NCBI RefSeq assembly: GCF_030028105.1
Contig: NC_092391.1
Span: 4,995,223-5,059,222 of the forward strand
Direction of reading: 5' to 3'
Source of the DNA: Mobula birostris
Taxonomy: Eukaryota
DNA: 64,000 nucleotides
Of the stretch, positions 62,575-64,000 are shown piece by piece. Both the position numbers and the translations under genes were made by a program. Every line of letters starts with the position of its first letter. The first letter of the stretch is position 1. The notes beneath the pieces were generated by a model, which did not search any database, was not told the DNA's origin, and worked only from the letters and a program-made list of their open reading frames with translations.

Positions 62575-63117
62575 AACTCAGCAGGCTAGGCAGTATCTAT
62601 AGAGCGATGTTTCGGGTCAAGACACCTCACCATGACTCTGCATCTGCACTGATGAAGAATCTTGGCCTGAAACCATACGACCATAAGATATAGGAGCAGA
62701 ATTAGGCCATTTGGCCCATTGAGTCTGTTCCACCATTTCATCATGGCTGATCCAATTTTCCTCTCAGCCCCAATTGGCTACTGTATCCCTTCATGCCCTG
62801 AGCAATCAAGAATCTATCAATCTCTGCCTTAAGTATACATAAGGACTTGGCCTCCACAGTTGCCTGTATGAACAAATTCCACAGATTCACCACTCTCTGG
62901 CTAAAGAAATTCCTCCTCATCTCCGTTCCAGAAGGACACCCCTCTATTCTGAGGCTGTGTCCTCTGGTCTGATACTCTCCCATCATAGAAAACATCCTCT
63001 CTGCTTCCACGTTGACTGTTTATTCCTCTCCATTGATGCTGCCTGACCTGCTGAGTTCCTCCCAACATTTTGTGTGTTACTCTGAATATCCAGCATCTGC
63101 AGAATCTTCTGTGTTTG
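62575..63117. mobile_element. Inverted pair of Penelope-like pLTR fragments; the + copy is split by CR1
   Basis: Minus copy at 62575-62636; plus copy CTGATGAagaatcttggcctGAAAC (to 62673) resumes as gttgactgtt at 63011. Confidence 0.75.
62674..63010 (-). mobile_element. CR1 LINE 3' end
   Basis: ORF 62741..63010 contains TRGHSLRIEG...RRNFFSQRVVNLWN; ccataagatataggagcag terminus. Confidence 0.88.
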
Positions 63118-64000
63118 ATAGGAAGATTAGCTTGATTCAGGATTCAAGATCGTTTAATATCATTTCCAGTGCACAAGAGTAAAGGAGACGAAATAATTGT
63201 TACTCTGGATCTGATGAAGCCCAAAAAAAAATAAGATGAGGACACAATAATAAAAAAAACATAGTAGATATAAACACATAAGATAGCTTATATGCATAGA
63301 TTGATTGTATGTCCATAAAGAGATGCTAAGGCACAAGGATGTCTGTAAATAAGGTGACTGACAGGAAATGATAAAGTAGTGGTGGTTTGGGGTGTGGTAC
63401 ATGATATTTTAAAAATAGTATTGAAATAGATGATCTTTCAAATTTTTGTTAAGTAGTTTCTCAGTAATTTAGTAGAAAATGGAATGTCAGAGTTTGGTAT
63501 GTCTCATGTGAATATTTGAATTCCCTTCAGCTAAGTCTAAATAAATTTATTATCACAGTGCGAATATGTTACCGTATTTTTCCTAGAGATTCATGAACTT
63601 TACCTGCTGACAAGACAGTAATGTTGGTCAGTGTTGTACAGAACATACAGTGAGCTGACCACAGAGGATTTAAAGTTATCCAATACCAAATGAGGAAAAT
63701 GACCGATAGCTTTTCCTAGATGCTGCCTGGCCTGCTGAGTTCCTCCAGCATTTTGTGTGTGTTGCTCGGATTTCCAGCATCTGCAGATTTTCTCTTGTTT
63801 GCTTCGGCCACTAGACGTTAGTGGTTAGCACAGACTTAGGATTGTAGTCTTATAGAATTGAATTTATGCTTTCATCTTTATATTCCTTGGCAGGTAGCAG
63901 GAGGGCCACACAGCCCTATAGTTTTATCAGGTTGTTGGTGATACAATCATAAATTAAGTATCAGTATAGAGAGGAGGGCTTTGGGGAGGACTAAGAAGAA

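Noticed and set aside
61525-63395. Local segmental duplication (61525-61775 vs 63140-63395)
   Set aside because: A third related copy at about 46915 and the many differences between copies indicate independent insertions of a dispersed LINE tail.

Overview
Vertebrate genomic DNA, not prokaryotic. The repeat set (CR1 LINEs, V-domain tRNA SINEs, Rex1/Babar, Penelope-like elements) points to a cartilaginous fish, probably a ray; this is inference. The window lies inside one + strand gene, RABGAP1 (GAPCenA/TBC1D11). Seven internal GT-AG exons (111, 67, 103, 170, 175, 94, 151 nt) splice into one open frame ending at the start of the TBC Rab-GAP domain, and the last intron runs >21 kb off the window. 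The introns are packed with decayed, often nested transposons: CR1, Rex1/Babar, RTE, L2, V-SINEs, a full-length Tc1, Tigger/pogo and hAT MITEs. The most notable signal is about 20 dispersed copies of a Penelope-like element (PLE) terminal region carrying a minimal hammerhead-ribozyme motif (CUGANGA-A-stem II-GAAAC-GUC). One is a 95-nt insertion with a perfect 14-bp target-site duplication, and another has its hammerhead split by a CR1 insertion. A structured, fixed-5'-end SINE-like family with an RTE tail and a CpG-rich 28-bp minisatellite also merit follow-up. Repeat boundaries were read by eye and are approximate unless a TSD or TIR is given.
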